Assembly (NCBI GenBank): GCA_905236005.1 | Contig: CAJONJ010000019.1 | Coordinates: 5,999-69,998 of the forward strand | Direction: 5' to 3' | Origin: an uncultured Alphaproteobacteria bacterium | GTDB lineage: Bacteria > Pseudomonadota > Alphaproteobacteria > Rs-D84 | Length of the DNA stretch: 64,000 bases | Shown here: in pieces, positions 8,620-17,601 of the stretch | Layout of the letters: each line of letters begins with the position of its first letter | Position numbering within the stretch: the stretch's first letter is position 1 | Translations under genes and position numbers: made by a program | Notes under the pieces: generated by a model | Databases searched by the model: none | The model's input: the letters and a program-made list of their open reading frames with translations, nothing else | Told to the model about the DNA's origin: nothing

Positions 8620-9714
8620 ATGTCATTATTTTTTAAATTTTTGCGTTTTTCTGGTTTGTGTTTGCTGTTTGGGGTAATTTCTGGCTGCGATTTGTCTTCG
8701 CCGACCCATGTTGGGGATGAATCTAAAATACCATCTAATCTGAAAGCGGTGTCTTATTCTGTGTTGCCTGGTTGGCGTGATGATGATGTGCGATATGCTT
8801 TGCAGGCTTTTCGTAATACGTGCAAGGCAAAAATTCAATACAAAGGTCAGGTTGTGCCAGATGCTGAATTGTTGCGTGAAAAATGCAATATGTTGCCCAG
8901 TTCGTCTGCTGATATAGCGACAGTGCGTGCATGGTTTGAATCTAATTTCCAGCCGTATCAGGTTTATAACGAAAAAGGTGGAAAAACAGGAACTTATACT
9001 GGGTATTATTCACCTGTAATATCTGGGTGCAGAACAAGAACAGCACAATGTAATGAACCAATAATGGGGGTACCAATTGATGGTTCGTCTTACAAAGGTG
9101 TATCTAAGCGTGATATTGTGAACAGAAAAATAGGGCGGGTTTTGTATTGGGCCAATATAGTAGATGTTCAAAATTTACAAATCCAAGGCAGTGGTATGTT
9201 AAAACTGGAAGATGGTAAAATAGTTAAATTGAATTTTGCTGCTGTTAATGATATGCCGTTTAAATCTATAGGTGCTCAGTTACAAGAAAAGGGTATTAGA
9301 CCAGCAGGCGGTTATTCAGCTGATGCTGTGTGGAATCATTTAAGACAAAATCCAAAATTAGCAAAAGAAGTTATTTACAATAACCCAAGATATGTGTATT
9401 TTTATGAATCAGATCAGAAACATGTTATAGGAAAACTGGGAACACCATTGTCAAAAATCAGAAGTGTGGCTATGGATGATTCACTGTATACGTTGGGTTT
9501 ACCAGTCTATATCAATACGTCGTTGTCTGATGGGCGGTCATTTAATCGTTTAATGATCGCTCAAGATACTGGTGGTGCAATCAAAGGATGGATTCGTGCT
9601 GATATATTCTTTGGTTCTGGTGATGAAGCATACAGGGTTGCACATGGTCAACATGCCCAAGGTAAAATGTTTATATTGATGCCAAAAGAGTATAGTTATG
9701 TTAAACCAAGATAA
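8620..9714 (+). CDS. mltA: Membrane-bound lytic murein transglycosylase A (lipoprotein)
   Basis: 364 aa. Lipobox VISGC. MltA/3D-domain pattern (YYSPVISG..., AQDTGGAIKGWIRADIFFGSGDEA). Confidence 0.85.
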   Translation: MSLFFKFLRFSGLCLLFGVISGCDLSSPTHVGDESKIPSNLKAVSYSVLPGWRDDDVRYALQAFRNTCKAKIQYKGQVVPDAELLREKCNMLPSSSADIATVRAWFESNFQPYQVYNEKGGKTGTYTGYYSPVISGCRTRTAQCNEPIMGVPIDGSSYKGVSKRDIVNRKIGRVLYWANIVDVQNLQIQGSGMLKLEDGKIVKLNFAAVNDMPFKSIGAQLQEKGIRPAGGYSADAVWNHLRQNPKLAKEVIYNNPRYVYFYESDQKHVIGKLGTPLSKIRSVAMDDSLYTLGLPVYINTSLSDGRSFNRLMIAQDTGGAIKGWIRADIFFGSGDEAYRVAHGQHAQGKMFILMPKEYSYVKPR

Positions 9715-10033
9715 TAACGAGAAAATTAAAACACGTAAATCAAAGCCGCAAACATTGGCTGCGTCATTGGGGGGGGTGTTGGAAAATTTGGGTATACGTG
9801 CTTCTGATTCTGATTTAGCTGAAAATTGGCAAAATATTGTTGGTAATGATATTGCAAAAATTGCTAGTGTGGTTGCAATTAGGGTTGTGCGTGATAAAAC
9901 ATTTAATATTGTATTAAGACCCGTTTCACCAGCATTTGCGTTGGAATTGTCGTATAAAATTGATGAGTGCACAAAAAAAATAAATAATTATTATGGCAGA
10001 AAAGCTGTATCAAAAATAACAATCAGGAAATAA
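9698..10033 (+). CDS. DUF721/DciA-like protein
   Basis: 111 aa. W..IVG..IA...........L.V.V.....A.EL pattern of DUF721. Overlaps the mltA end by 17 nt and sits immediately upstream of ruvC. Confidence 0.6.
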   Translation: MLNQDNNEKIKTRKSKPQTLAASLGGVLENLGIRASDSDLAENWQNIVGNDIAKIASVVAIRVVRDKTFNIVLRPVSPAFALELSYKIDECTKKINNYYGRKAVSKITIRK

Positions 10034-10034
10034 A

Positions 10035-10511
10035 ATGAAACGAATTTTGGGTATAGATCCTGGATTATTGCATACTGGTTGGGCTGTTATAGATGTCAAA
10101 GGCAGTGAACGAAAATATGTTGCTAGTGGTGTAATTTTGCCACCAACAAAATTGGCTTTGTCAGAAAGGTTAGCTTTTATTTTTAATGGTGTGTCTGAAT
10201 TGTGTGAAACTTTTCAACCAAATGAATGTAGTATAGAAGTTATTTTTGTAAATAAAAATGGCAAAACAACTTTGTTATTGGGACATGCTCGTGCAGCAGC
10301 AATAACAGCGGTTGCGGTTAAAAATATACCGGTATTTGAATATGAACCTAATAAAGTAAAAAAAGCACTGACATCTATTGGGCATGCAGATAAAGACCAA
10401 ATATATAAAATGTTAACAATTTTGTTGCCTGCTGCACATCCAAAGACTGCGGATGAAAGTGATGCTATTGCGATTGCTTTAACACATGCGAATATGTCTA
10501 GATTCATATAA
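10035..10511 (+). CDS. ruvC: Crossover junction endodeoxyribonuclease RuvC
   Basis: 158 aa. ILGIDPGL..TGWAVID start and a C-terminal DESDAIAIALTH motif. Confidence 0.92.
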   Translation: MKRILGIDPGLLHTGWAVIDVKGSERKYVASGVILPPTKLALSERLAFIFNGVSELCETFQPNECSIEVIFVNKNGKTTLLLGHARAAAITAVAVKNIPVFEYEPNKVKKALTSIGHADKDQIYKMLTILLPAAHPKTADESDAIAIALTHANMSRFI

Positions 10512-10564
10512 AAATAATTTTATTAAAATGTATTTTGTGCTATATTTATTGGCAAGGAATTAAA

Positions 10565-11776
10565 ATGGGCAGAGACAAATATCTTTCTATGAAAAAAAAC
10601 GTCACTGGATTTTCTTTTACAAATCTGGGGTTGTTTACTGGTTTTGCCAGCAGTATTGTTAATGCCGTTTATTCTTTGACAATTCTGGGTATTTTTAAAT
10701 TGTTTTTTAATGAAGAAATCGCATCTGCTGCTGTCGGTGTGTATGCGGCGGTTTATGCGTTGTTTGCTTGTTTTGTTGGTTTTTTTTCATCAGAAATTTT
10801 GCGATGGTTCACCAAGACCAGATTGTTGTATATTACAATGGCTACATTGGGTGCTTGTTATTGTATGATGAGTTTTTCTGTTAAACCAGAAACATTTATT
10901 GTATTAGATTATGTGTCCCAGGCAGCTTTGACTTTGGTCAGTGTTTTATTGCCTTTGTTTATATCTGATTTTTCTAAAAATATAGGTATGGAAAAGTTAA
11001 ACGCTAGATTGCATTTGTGGGAAAATGTCGGGGCGTTGGTGGCTCCTGTGTTTGCTATGACAGTTGTTGGTTGGTTTAATGGTAATTACAGAATGCCGTT
11101 TTTGGCTGCTGGTATGATTTATTTTTCTGGTTTATTGTTTTTTAAACATTTTGGGATAGTTCAACAAGATAGAGTTTTAAAGAAAGTGAATATGCATAAA
11201 ACGTTTCGTGCATTAAGAATAAATGCTATATCGTTTTTTAGAAAAGCGGGTATGTTACGTGCATACGTTGTGAATTTTGGGTTTTATGCTTTACGCTCTA
11301 TGCGTTTGTTATATGTTCCGATTGTGGTTATAGAAAATGGTTTTTCAAATGAAACTTTGGGGGTCGTGTTATCGTTGGGAATATTGCCATATATTGGCAT
11401 AGAAACATTTATAGGAAAATTGATAAAAAAATATGGTGTAAAATTATGGTTAACGGTCGGTTTTGTGTCGTTTGCGATATTTTCTGTTTGTGCTATGTTT
11501 ATAACAGGTCGTGCTTTGTTGGCTGTGTTTGTTTTGTGGCAAATATCTGGTGCGTTGATGGAATCTGCACATGATTTATTGTTTTTTAACGGTATGAAGA
11601 AAAACGAACAATCCAGATATTATGGGGTTTTTAGAACAAGTGTTAATTTTCCTAGTGTGATTGCACCAATTTTGGGGACTTTATGTATAACTTTGTTCGG
11701 TTCCACTGCGGCTGTGTGGTTAATAACAGCGGTTGCTGGCACGTTGTCAACCATTGTTTTGTGGTCTAGAAAGTAA
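10565..11776 (+). CDS. MFS-type transporter (about 12 predicted TM segments)
   Basis: The track ORF starts at a TTG (10535). I re-called the start to the ATG at 10565, which has an AAGGA RBS 6 nt upstream. Polytopic hydrophobic protein; the family call is weak. Confidence 0.65.
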   Translation: MGRDKYLSMKKNVTGFSFTNLGLFTGFASSIVNAVYSLTILGIFKLFFNEEIASAAVGVYAAVYALFACFVGFFSSEILRWFTKTRLLYITMATLGACYCMMSFSVKPETFIVLDYVSQAALTLVSVLLPLFISDFSKNIGMEKLNARLHLWENVGALVAPVFAMTVVGWFNGNYRMPFLAAGMIYFSGLLFFKHFGIVQQDRVLKKVNMHKTFRALRINAISFFRKAGMLRAYVVNFGFYALRSMRLLYVPIVVIENGFSNETLGVVLSLGILPYIGIETFIGKLIKKYGVKLWLTVGFVSFAIFSVCAMFITGRALLAVFVLWQISGALMESAHDLLFFNGMKKNEQSRYYGVFRTSVNFPSVIAPILGTLCITLFGSTAAVWLITAVAGTLSTIVLWSRK

Positions 11777-11788
11777 TTTAAATACACC

Positions 11789-11817
11789 TTGCATTGTTTG
11801 GGTTTTGTTTGTATTAT
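11789..11817 (+). promoter_or_regulatory. Sigma70-type promoter for recA
   Basis: TTGCAT (11789-11794), 17-nt spacer, TATTAT (11812-11817). The spacer contains GTTT-N7-GTTT (11796-11810). Confidence 0.5.
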
Positions 11818-11841
11818 TTCCTTACAAGAAAGGGGTTTTAT

Positions 11842-12912
11842 ATGGCAAAGAAAGAAGTTGTAAAAGAAATGCCAATTGCAAAAAATCCAGCATTGGAATC
11901 TGCTTTGGCACAAATTCAAAAACAGTTTGGTAAAGAAGCCATCATGAAGATGGGTGATGGTTCACAACAGAATATAGAAGCAATATCTTCTGGTTCTTTG
12001 GGATTAGATATTGCTTTGGGTGTTGGTGGTTATCCACGTGGCAGAATTGTTGAAATATACGGGCCAGAATCTTCTGGTAAAACTACATTGGCTTTACATG
12101 CTGTTGCAGAAGCTCAAAAGAAAGGTGGAACATGTGCGTATATTGATGCAGAAAATGCTTTGGATCCATCGTATGCTAGAAAATTAGGAGTTGATGTTGC
12201 GAATTTAATAATTTCTCAACCTGATTCTGGTGAACAAGCTTTGGAAATTGCTGATACTTTGATTAAATCAGGTGCAGTGGACGTTGTGGTTGTTGATTCT
12301 GTGGCAGCATTAGTTCCAAAGGCTGAATTAGAAGGTAATATTGGTGATACTTATATGGGAACAACCGCAAGATTGATGTCTCAATCGTTAAAGAAATTGG
12401 CGGGCAGTGTTTCTCGTAGTAATACTTTGTTGATTTTTATTAACCAGATTCGTATGAAAATTGGTGTTATGTTTGGTAGCCCTGAAACAACATCTGGTGG
12501 TAATGCATTAAAATTTTATGCATCTGTTCGTTTAGATATTCGTAGAACTGGTGCAATCAAAGACAAAGAAAATGTTATTGGTAATGAAACGCGTGTCAAA
12601 GTTGTTAAAAACAAAGTTGCACCACCATTTAGAACTGTTGATTTTAAGATTATGTATGGTGAAGGTATTTCAAGAATCAGTGAAATTTTAGATATGGGTG
12701 TTAAATATAATTTGATTGAAAAGGCCGGTTCTTTTTATTCGTATAATAATGAACGCATTGGTCAAGGTGAAGCAAATGCACGTCAGTGGTTGAAAGATCA
12801 TGAAGATGCACAAAAAGAATTGCTGGATAAAATTATGGCCAAAGCGAATGGTATAGCAGAAGAAATGACGACTGGTCCATCAGAAGAAGATGTTGTAGAC
12901 ACAGAAGAGTAA
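11842..12912 (+). CDS. recA: Recombinase RecA
   Basis: Walker [10 protein letters not shown] and [37 protein letters not shown]. The track start at 11794 is a TTG upstream of the predicted promoter. The ATG at 11842 follows an AAGAAAGGGG RBS. Confidence 0.97.
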   Translation: MAKKEVVKEMPIAKNPALESALAQIQKQFGKEAIMKMGDGSQQNIEAISSGSLGLDIALGVGGYPRGRIVEIYGPESSGKTTLALHAVAEAQKKGGTCAYIDAENALDPSYARKLGVDVANLIISQPDSGEQALEIADTLIKSGAVDVVVVDSVAALVPKAELEGNIGDTYMGTTARLMSQSLKKLAGSVSRSNTLLIFINQIRMKIGVMFGSPETTSGGNALKFYASVRLDIRRTGAIKDKENVIGNETRVKVVKNKVAPPFRTVDFKIMYGEGISRISEILDMGVKYNLIEKAGSFYSYNNERIGQGEANARQWLKDHEDAQKELLDKIMAKANGIAEEMTTGPSEEDVVDTEE

Positions 12913-12920
12913 AAAAATAA

Positions 12921-12949
12921 ACTGTGCGGATTTTTGTTCGCACGGTTTA
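12921..12949 (+). terminator. Intrinsic terminator after recA
   Basis: ACTGTGCG (12921-12928) pairs with CGCACGGT (12939-12946) with one G-U pair and a 10-nt loop. The T tail is short (TTTAT). Confidence 0.55.
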
Positions 12950-12973
12950 TATATCAATACAAAGGATACGGGT

Positions 12974-13873
12974 ATGAATTTTTCTGGAACTTTTACTAAG
13001 TTAAAATTGGTTTTGTTTTGCCATATTTTAAATCCGTTATGGTATTCACGTGAAAAAAGACGTAAACGTAGAACAGATTATCTTGTAAAAACAGCAGATA
13101 AATATTTTCAAAGATATTTGCCAGCTGTTAAAAATGTCACAGAAACCAAAGTAATTAAAGATGATAAAAATGAAAAAATTTTTTCTATTTGGTTACAGGG
13201 TGAAGAAAATGCACCAGATTTAGTTAAGGCTTGCTTCAGAAGTATTCGTAGAAATTGTTCCCAAGAATTGATTTTATTAGATGAAAAAAATTTGTTTGAA
13301 TATATTACATTACCAGATGAAATAATAGAAAAACGTAAACAGGGTTTAATAAAGAACGCACATTTTGCAGATATTTGTCGTGTAGAATTGTTGTACGAAC
13401 ATGGTGGTATTTGGCTTGATTCAACTGCTTTTGTGACAGAACCTATACCACAGTTTATGATAGATTCTGATTTCTTTATGTTTTTGGTAAGACCATGTGG
13501 AACATTTGGTTATAGTTTCTGTCAAAATTGCTATATTCGTGCACGCAAGGGGGCTTATTTATTAGCAGCATGGAGAGCAATGATTTTAGATTATTGGATG
13601 CATGAAGATATAGAGCTTGATTATTTTATGCATCAATTGTTATTCAGGACTTTGGTGATGCATGATGAACGTGCAAAAAAATATTTTGATTCTATGCCAC
13701 ATGTTTTTCAAGACGGAACTCATGCTTTGTGGTGGGCATATAAAGATAAGCCTTTTGATAAAAAATTGTTTAAAGATGTTACCAAAGATGCTTTCTTTCA
13801 AAAAACAACATTTAAAAATCTGGACAATGTTATTCCTAGTTCTGTTGCAGATGAAATGATAAAAATGAAATAG
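12974..13873 (+). CDS. Capsular polysaccharide synthesis protein (Caps_synth / GT32-like transferase), copy A
   Basis: 299 aa. FSIWLQGEENAPDLVKACFRSIRRNC and AHFADICRVELLYEHGGIWLDST match the Caps_synth/GT32 pattern. Confidence 0.75.
   Translation: MNFSGTFTKLKLVLFCHILNPLWYSREKRRKRRTDYLVKTADKYFQRYLPAVKNVTETKVIKDDKNEKIFSIWLQGEENAPDLVKACFRSIRRNCSQELILLDEKNLFEYITLPDEIIEKRKQGLIKNAHFADICRVELLYEHGGIWLDSTAFVTEPIPQFMIDSDFFMFLVRPCGTFGYSFCQNCYIRARKGAYLLAAWRAMILDYWMHEDIELDYFMHQLLFRTLVMHDERAKKYFDSMPHVFQDGTHALWWAYKDKPFDKKLFKDVTKDAFFQKTTFKNLDNVIPSSVADEMIKMK
13181..13233 (+). repeat. 53-nt tract identical between the two Caps_synth paralogs (copy A)
   Basis: ttttctatttggttacagggtgaagaaaatgcaccagatttagttaaggcttg also occurs at 14090-14142, at the same gene offset. 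Confidence 0.9.
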
Positions 13874-13882
13874 GAAAATAAT

Positions 13883-14782
13883 ATGAATATAAATAGATTT
13901 CCGGTCTTGTTTGATATAGCATTACGTGGACATATTTTAAATCCTTTTTGGTGGGAACGGTCAAAACGTCATAAAAGGCGTGTAGACGTTTTGGTGTCCG
14001 CAATTACAAAGTATTTCAAAAGATATTTACCAAAGACTGGACAAATTCCAGAACAAAAAATTATCAAAGATGATAAAAATGACAAGATATTTTCTATTTG
14101 GTTACAGGGTGAAGAAAATGCACCAGATTTAGTTAAGGCTTGTTTTAGAAGTATTCGCAGAAATTGTTCTCAAGAATTAATTGTATTAGATGAAAATTCT
14201 GTGTTTGATTATATCAGTTTACCAGATGTTATTGTTCAAAAATACAAAGACGGCAAAATTCATCGTGCACATTTTGCTGATATCTGTCGTGTAGAGTTAT
14301 TATACGAACATGGTGGGTATTGGTTGGATTCTACTGATTTTATGATGACAAAGATGCCAGACTGGATAGAAAAACAAGATTTCTTTATGTTTTTAACAGG
14401 CACAAAATATGGCAGCCCGTATTCGTTTACACAGAATTGTTTTATAAGAGCCAGAAAAGGATCGTATTTGTTGGCTGCGTGGCGTCAGACGATATTAAAT
14501 TATTGGATCAAAGAAAATCGTGAATTTGATTATTTTATGCATCAATTATTATATAAAACTTTGGTAACATACGATAAACGTGCAAAGGAATATTTTGAAA
14601 AAATGCCACACATTTCACAGGATCCGACACATGTATTGTGGGCAGAATATCGCAATAAACCGTTTAATCAGGCAGAATTTGATAAAATGGCAAAGGATGC
14701 TTGTTTTCAAAAATTAACATATCGTGGTTCTGATAATTTGGTTCCTAGGTCTTTTGCAGATGTTATGGTTCATAAAATGTAA
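13883..14782 (+). CDS. Capsular polysaccharide synthesis protein (Caps_synth / GT32-like transferase), copy B
   Basis: 299 aa tandem paralog of the preceding gene with the same motifs (AHFADICRVELLYEHGGYWLDST). Confidence 0.75.
   Translation: MNINRFPVLFDIALRGHILNPFWWERSKRHKRRVDVLVSAITKYFKRYLPKTGQIPEQKIIKDDKNDKIFSIWLQGEENAPDLVKACFRSIRRNCSQELIVLDENSVFDYISLPDVIVQKYKDGKIHRAHFADICRVELLYEHGGYWLDSTDFMMTKMPDWIEKQDFFMFLTGTKYGSPYSFTQNCFIRARKGSYLLAAWRQTILNYWIKENREFDYFMHQLLYKTLVTYDKRAKEYFEKMPHISQDPTHVLWAEYRNKPFNQAEFDKMAKDACFQKLTYRGSDNLVPRSFADVMVHKM
14090..14142 (+). repeat. 53-nt identical tract (copy B)
   Basis: See 13181-13233. Confidence 0.9.
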
Positions 14783-14793
14783 GGATTATAAAT

Positions 14794-15558
14794 ATGCGTC
14801 CAAAAATATCAGTAATTATACCAATATACAATGTAGAAAAATATCTTCGCAGATGTCTTGATTCTGTAAAAAATCAAACGTTTACAGATTGGCAGGCGAT
14901 TTGTGTTGATGATGGCAGTCCTGATAAATCTGGACAAATCGCAGAAGAATATGCAGCGAAAGATAAACGATTCGTTGTTGTTCATAAAAATAACACAGGT
15001 GTTTCTGATACACGTAATGTTGGTATAAAATATGCGACAGGACAATATATTCATTTTATGGATTCTGATGATGAAATAGATAAAGATTATTATGAAAAAT
15101 TATTGGCTGGCGGTGAAGATGCAGATATAATTGGTTCAGGATTTGTTTCTAACAGTAAATATTCTCCAAATCTTGTATACGGAAAAAAACGTGCGTTATA
15201 CACTTTATTTGGTAAATTATTTTGGACGCAGGCATTGTCACGTTCGTTTGTTTGGCGTTATTTATTTAAAACAGATTTTATTAAAAAAAATAAATTGTTA
15301 TTTGATACATCTTTGATATCTCAAGAAGATGCCGTGTTTTTGTTGCAGGCTTTGGCGCTATCTAAGAAAATAGTTTTGGTACCAAATGTTAATTATTATT
15401 ATATATTTAATCCAAATTCTGCTTTGAATAACAAAAAGAATCACGATGCGTTGAAACGGCAATATAAATTAAGTAAAGTGTTTAGAAAACAATATGCAAA
15501 ACAAAACCACGTGTCAGTGTTGTGGAATTTCAGAAAACTGATAAGATTATTTTTCTAA
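14794..15558 (+). CDS. Family 2 glycosyltransferase
   Basis: 254 aa. ISVIIPIYNVEKYLRRCLDSVKNQTFTDWQAICVDDGSPD and DSDD (GT-A DxD). Confidence 0.85.
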   Translation: MRPKISVIIPIYNVEKYLRRCLDSVKNQTFTDWQAICVDDGSPDKSGQIAEEYAAKDKRFVVVHKNNTGVSDTRNVGIKYATGQYIHFMDSDDEIDKDYYEKLLAGGEDADIIGSGFVSNSKYSPNLVYGKKRALYTLFGKLFWTQALSRSFVWRYLFKTDFIKKNKLLFDTSLISQEDAVFLLQALALSKKIVLVPNVNYYYIFNPNSALNNKKNHDALKRQYKLSKVFRKQYAKQNHVSVLWNFRKLIRLFF

Positions 15559-15570
15559 GGGAGACATTTT

Positions 15571-16590
15571 ATGCCAAAGATATCAATAATTATACCTGTA
15601 TATAATGTAGAAAAATATTTGCGTAGATGTTTAGACAGTGTTGTAAATCAGACGTTTACAGATTGGCAGGCTATTTGTGTAAATGATGGCTGTACAGATA
15701 AATGTGGTAAAATTCTAGAAGAATATGCAGCTGCAGATAGACGTTTTATAATTTTAAAGAAAAATCATGATGGACCATCTGGGGCACGTAATTTGGCATT
15801 AAAACATGCAACTGGTGAATATATCATGTGTTTGGACAGTGATGATTTTATTCATCCACAAACTATGGAAATAAATTTATATTTAGCAAATCGTGATAAT
15901 TCTGATATGGTTGCTTTTACATATGACAGGGCATACAGACCGTATTTAATGGCCCGACATTTATTGGGGTTGGATACAGAAAATGCTGTTCCGCATGCAT
16001 TCAATAAAAAATACAATATATCAAAAGTTAAAACTGTTGTGACAGATGATGTGTTTAAATATGCAACGGAACGTTCACATAATCCATTTAATATGCATCG
16101 CAGATGGTTAGTAAAACATTGTCAGGTTTGGAAAAATATGTATCGTCGTGATTTAATTAAAGATATTAAGTTTATAGAGGGTATATTATTTGAAGATTTT
16201 CCATGGTGGTGTGAAGTATTATTGAAAAATCCGCGAACAACGATTGTAAATTTACCTTTGTATTTTTATCGTCCTAATTTCAAAGGTATAGTGTTGTCAG
16301 CTAAACAGACGTTGATAATGACATCTTTGTTTGTCGGTTTAAATGATATTTATGTTAAATATAAAAAGAAGGCAAATGATTATCAGATGAAAAAATGGCA
16401 TGAAAATTTCTTGTGGTTTTTTATAGCACGTGCATTTGATAAAACAAAATATCTGAAAACGGCCAAAGAATTAAAAATTGCCAAAGATGGTTTTATTAAA
16501 TTGAACAAAAATGGTGTTTTGGACCAAGCACCGAAAAGTTGGCGTAAATTGAAAGAAAAAATTTATGATTTTATACAGGGTGCAAAATGA
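15571..16590 (+). CDS. Family 2 glycosyltransferase
   Basis: 339 aa. ISIIIPVYNVEKYLRRCLDSVVNQTFTDWQAICVNDG and LDSDD. Confidence 0.85.
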   Translation: MPKISIIIPVYNVEKYLRRCLDSVVNQTFTDWQAICVNDGCTDKCGKILEEYAAADRRFIILKKNHDGPSGARNLALKHATGEYIMCLDSDDFIHPQTMEINLYLANRDNSDMVAFTYDRAYRPYLMARHLLGLDTENAVPHAFNKKYNISKVKTVVTDDVFKYATERSHNPFNMHRRWLVKHCQVWKNMYRRDLIKDIKFIEGILFEDFPWWCEVLLKNPRTTIVNLPLYFYRPNFKGIVLSAKQTLIMTSLFVGLNDIYVKYKKKANDYQMKKWHENFLWFFIARAFDKTKYLKTAKELKIAKDGFIKLNKNGVLDQAPKSWRKLKEKIYDFIQGAK

Positions 16591-17561
16591 ATAATATAAA
16601 ACCGTCTATATCCGTTATAATCCCAATATATAAAGCACAGGCTTTTTTAAGCAGATGTTTAGATAGTGTTTTACAGCAAACCTTTACTGATTTTGAAATT
16701 GTTTGTTTGAATGATGGCAGTCCCGACAATTGTGATAAAATATTGTCTGAATATGCCAATAAAGATAAACGTATAAAAGTAATCAACAAAGAAAATACTG
16801 GTGTGTCAGATACAAGAAATTTGGGATTGTCACTGGCAAATGGTGAATATATATTGTTTCTGGATAGTGATGATTGTATTCATCCACAGACTTTGGAAAT
16901 AACATATTTTTTAGCAAAGAAAAACAATGCGGATTTGGTATATTACAGGCATATTGCAAAAGATTATTCAGAAATAAAAAAATATTTAAATCAACATTTT
17001 GATAAAAACAAAGTTAAAAACAAAGTCGTAAATAATGTATTAGGATATGCAACCGAAAAAAATCATGGTGGTTCATCTTGGAAAATTCGTCGTGGATTTA
17101 TTTGGGCGTATTTGTTTAAAAAATCTTTTATCCAACATATTAAATTTCCAACAAATATTAAAATAGGGGAAGATTTAGTATGGTTGTTAAAGGTGTTATC
17201 ACAGAAACCTATTTCTGTTTTGACCAAAATACCTTTGTATTTTTATATTCCAAATGCTAATTCTGCACTGGGTAATGTAAAAAAATTAACGTATATAGAA
17301 AATATGGTTAATGGTTTGTTAGAAACCTGGAAAACATTTCAAAAGATGAATATGCATGATAAAAATTTATATATACGTGAATTTGCATGGCCTGTGATGA
17401 TACCTGTGGTGCGTAATGTAAAACATTTATCAGACGAACAAGACAAAAAAATTGCGAAACAATATATAACAAAGTTATATAATGCAGGTTTGGTTATAAA
17501 ACCATCTTCGTTTAAAGCAATTAAATGCTATTTCAGAATTAAGCGTTTGTTGAAAAAATAA
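16587..17561 (+). CDS. Family 2 glycosyltransferase
   Basis: 324 aa. ISVIIPIYKAQAFLSRCLDSVLQQTFTDFEIVCLNDGSPD and LDSDD. ATGA start/stop overlap with the upstream gene. Confidence 0.85.
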   Translation: MNNIKPSISVIIPIYKAQAFLSRCLDSVLQQTFTDFEIVCLNDGSPDNCDKILSEYANKDKRIKVINKENTGVSDTRNLGLSLANGEYILFLDSDDCIHPQTLEITYFLAKKNNADLVYYRHIAKDYSEIKKYLNQHFDKNKVKNKVVNNVLGYATEKNHGGSSWKIRRGFIWAYLFKKSFIQHIKFPTNIKIGEDLVWLLKVLSQKPISVLTKIPLYFYIPNANSALGNVKKLTYIENMVNGLLETWKTFQKMNMHDKNLYIREFAWPVMIPVVRNVKHLSDEQDKKIAKQYITKLYNAGLVIKPSSFKAIKCYFRIKRLLKK

Positions 17562-17601
17562 AAACGTTCTATACGGTGTGTTTTGTGGGTTTTATAAATT
17601 A

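Noticed and set aside
10535-10564. N-terminal extensions generated by TTG/GTG starts in the ORF track (10535 MFS, 11794 recA, 42751 RHH, 63495 tatA; also ATG-based extensions at 37014, 44552, 52518, 19515)
   Set aside because: In each case a downstream ATG has a proper AAGGA/GGAG-type RBS. The extension also overlaps a predicted promoter, an upstream gene or a divergent gene, and the conserved protein N-termini (RecA MAKKE..., TatA MHIGITE...) start at the downstream codon.
15283-15290. Homopolymeric A8 tract inside a GT2 gene (and similar A7/T8 runs elsewhere in the island) as possible phase-variation switches
   Set aside because: A/T runs of this length are frequent throughout this AT-rich window, including in housekeeping genes. 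No frameshifted gene copies or length heterogeneity can be seen from a single sequence.
17562-17601. Possible terminator between the convergent GT2 (ends 17561) and Stealth (ends 17602) genes
   Set aside because: I could not find a convincing stem. The sequence aaacgttctatacggtgtgttttgtgggtttt forms only 3-4 bp pairings, so it is left uncalled.
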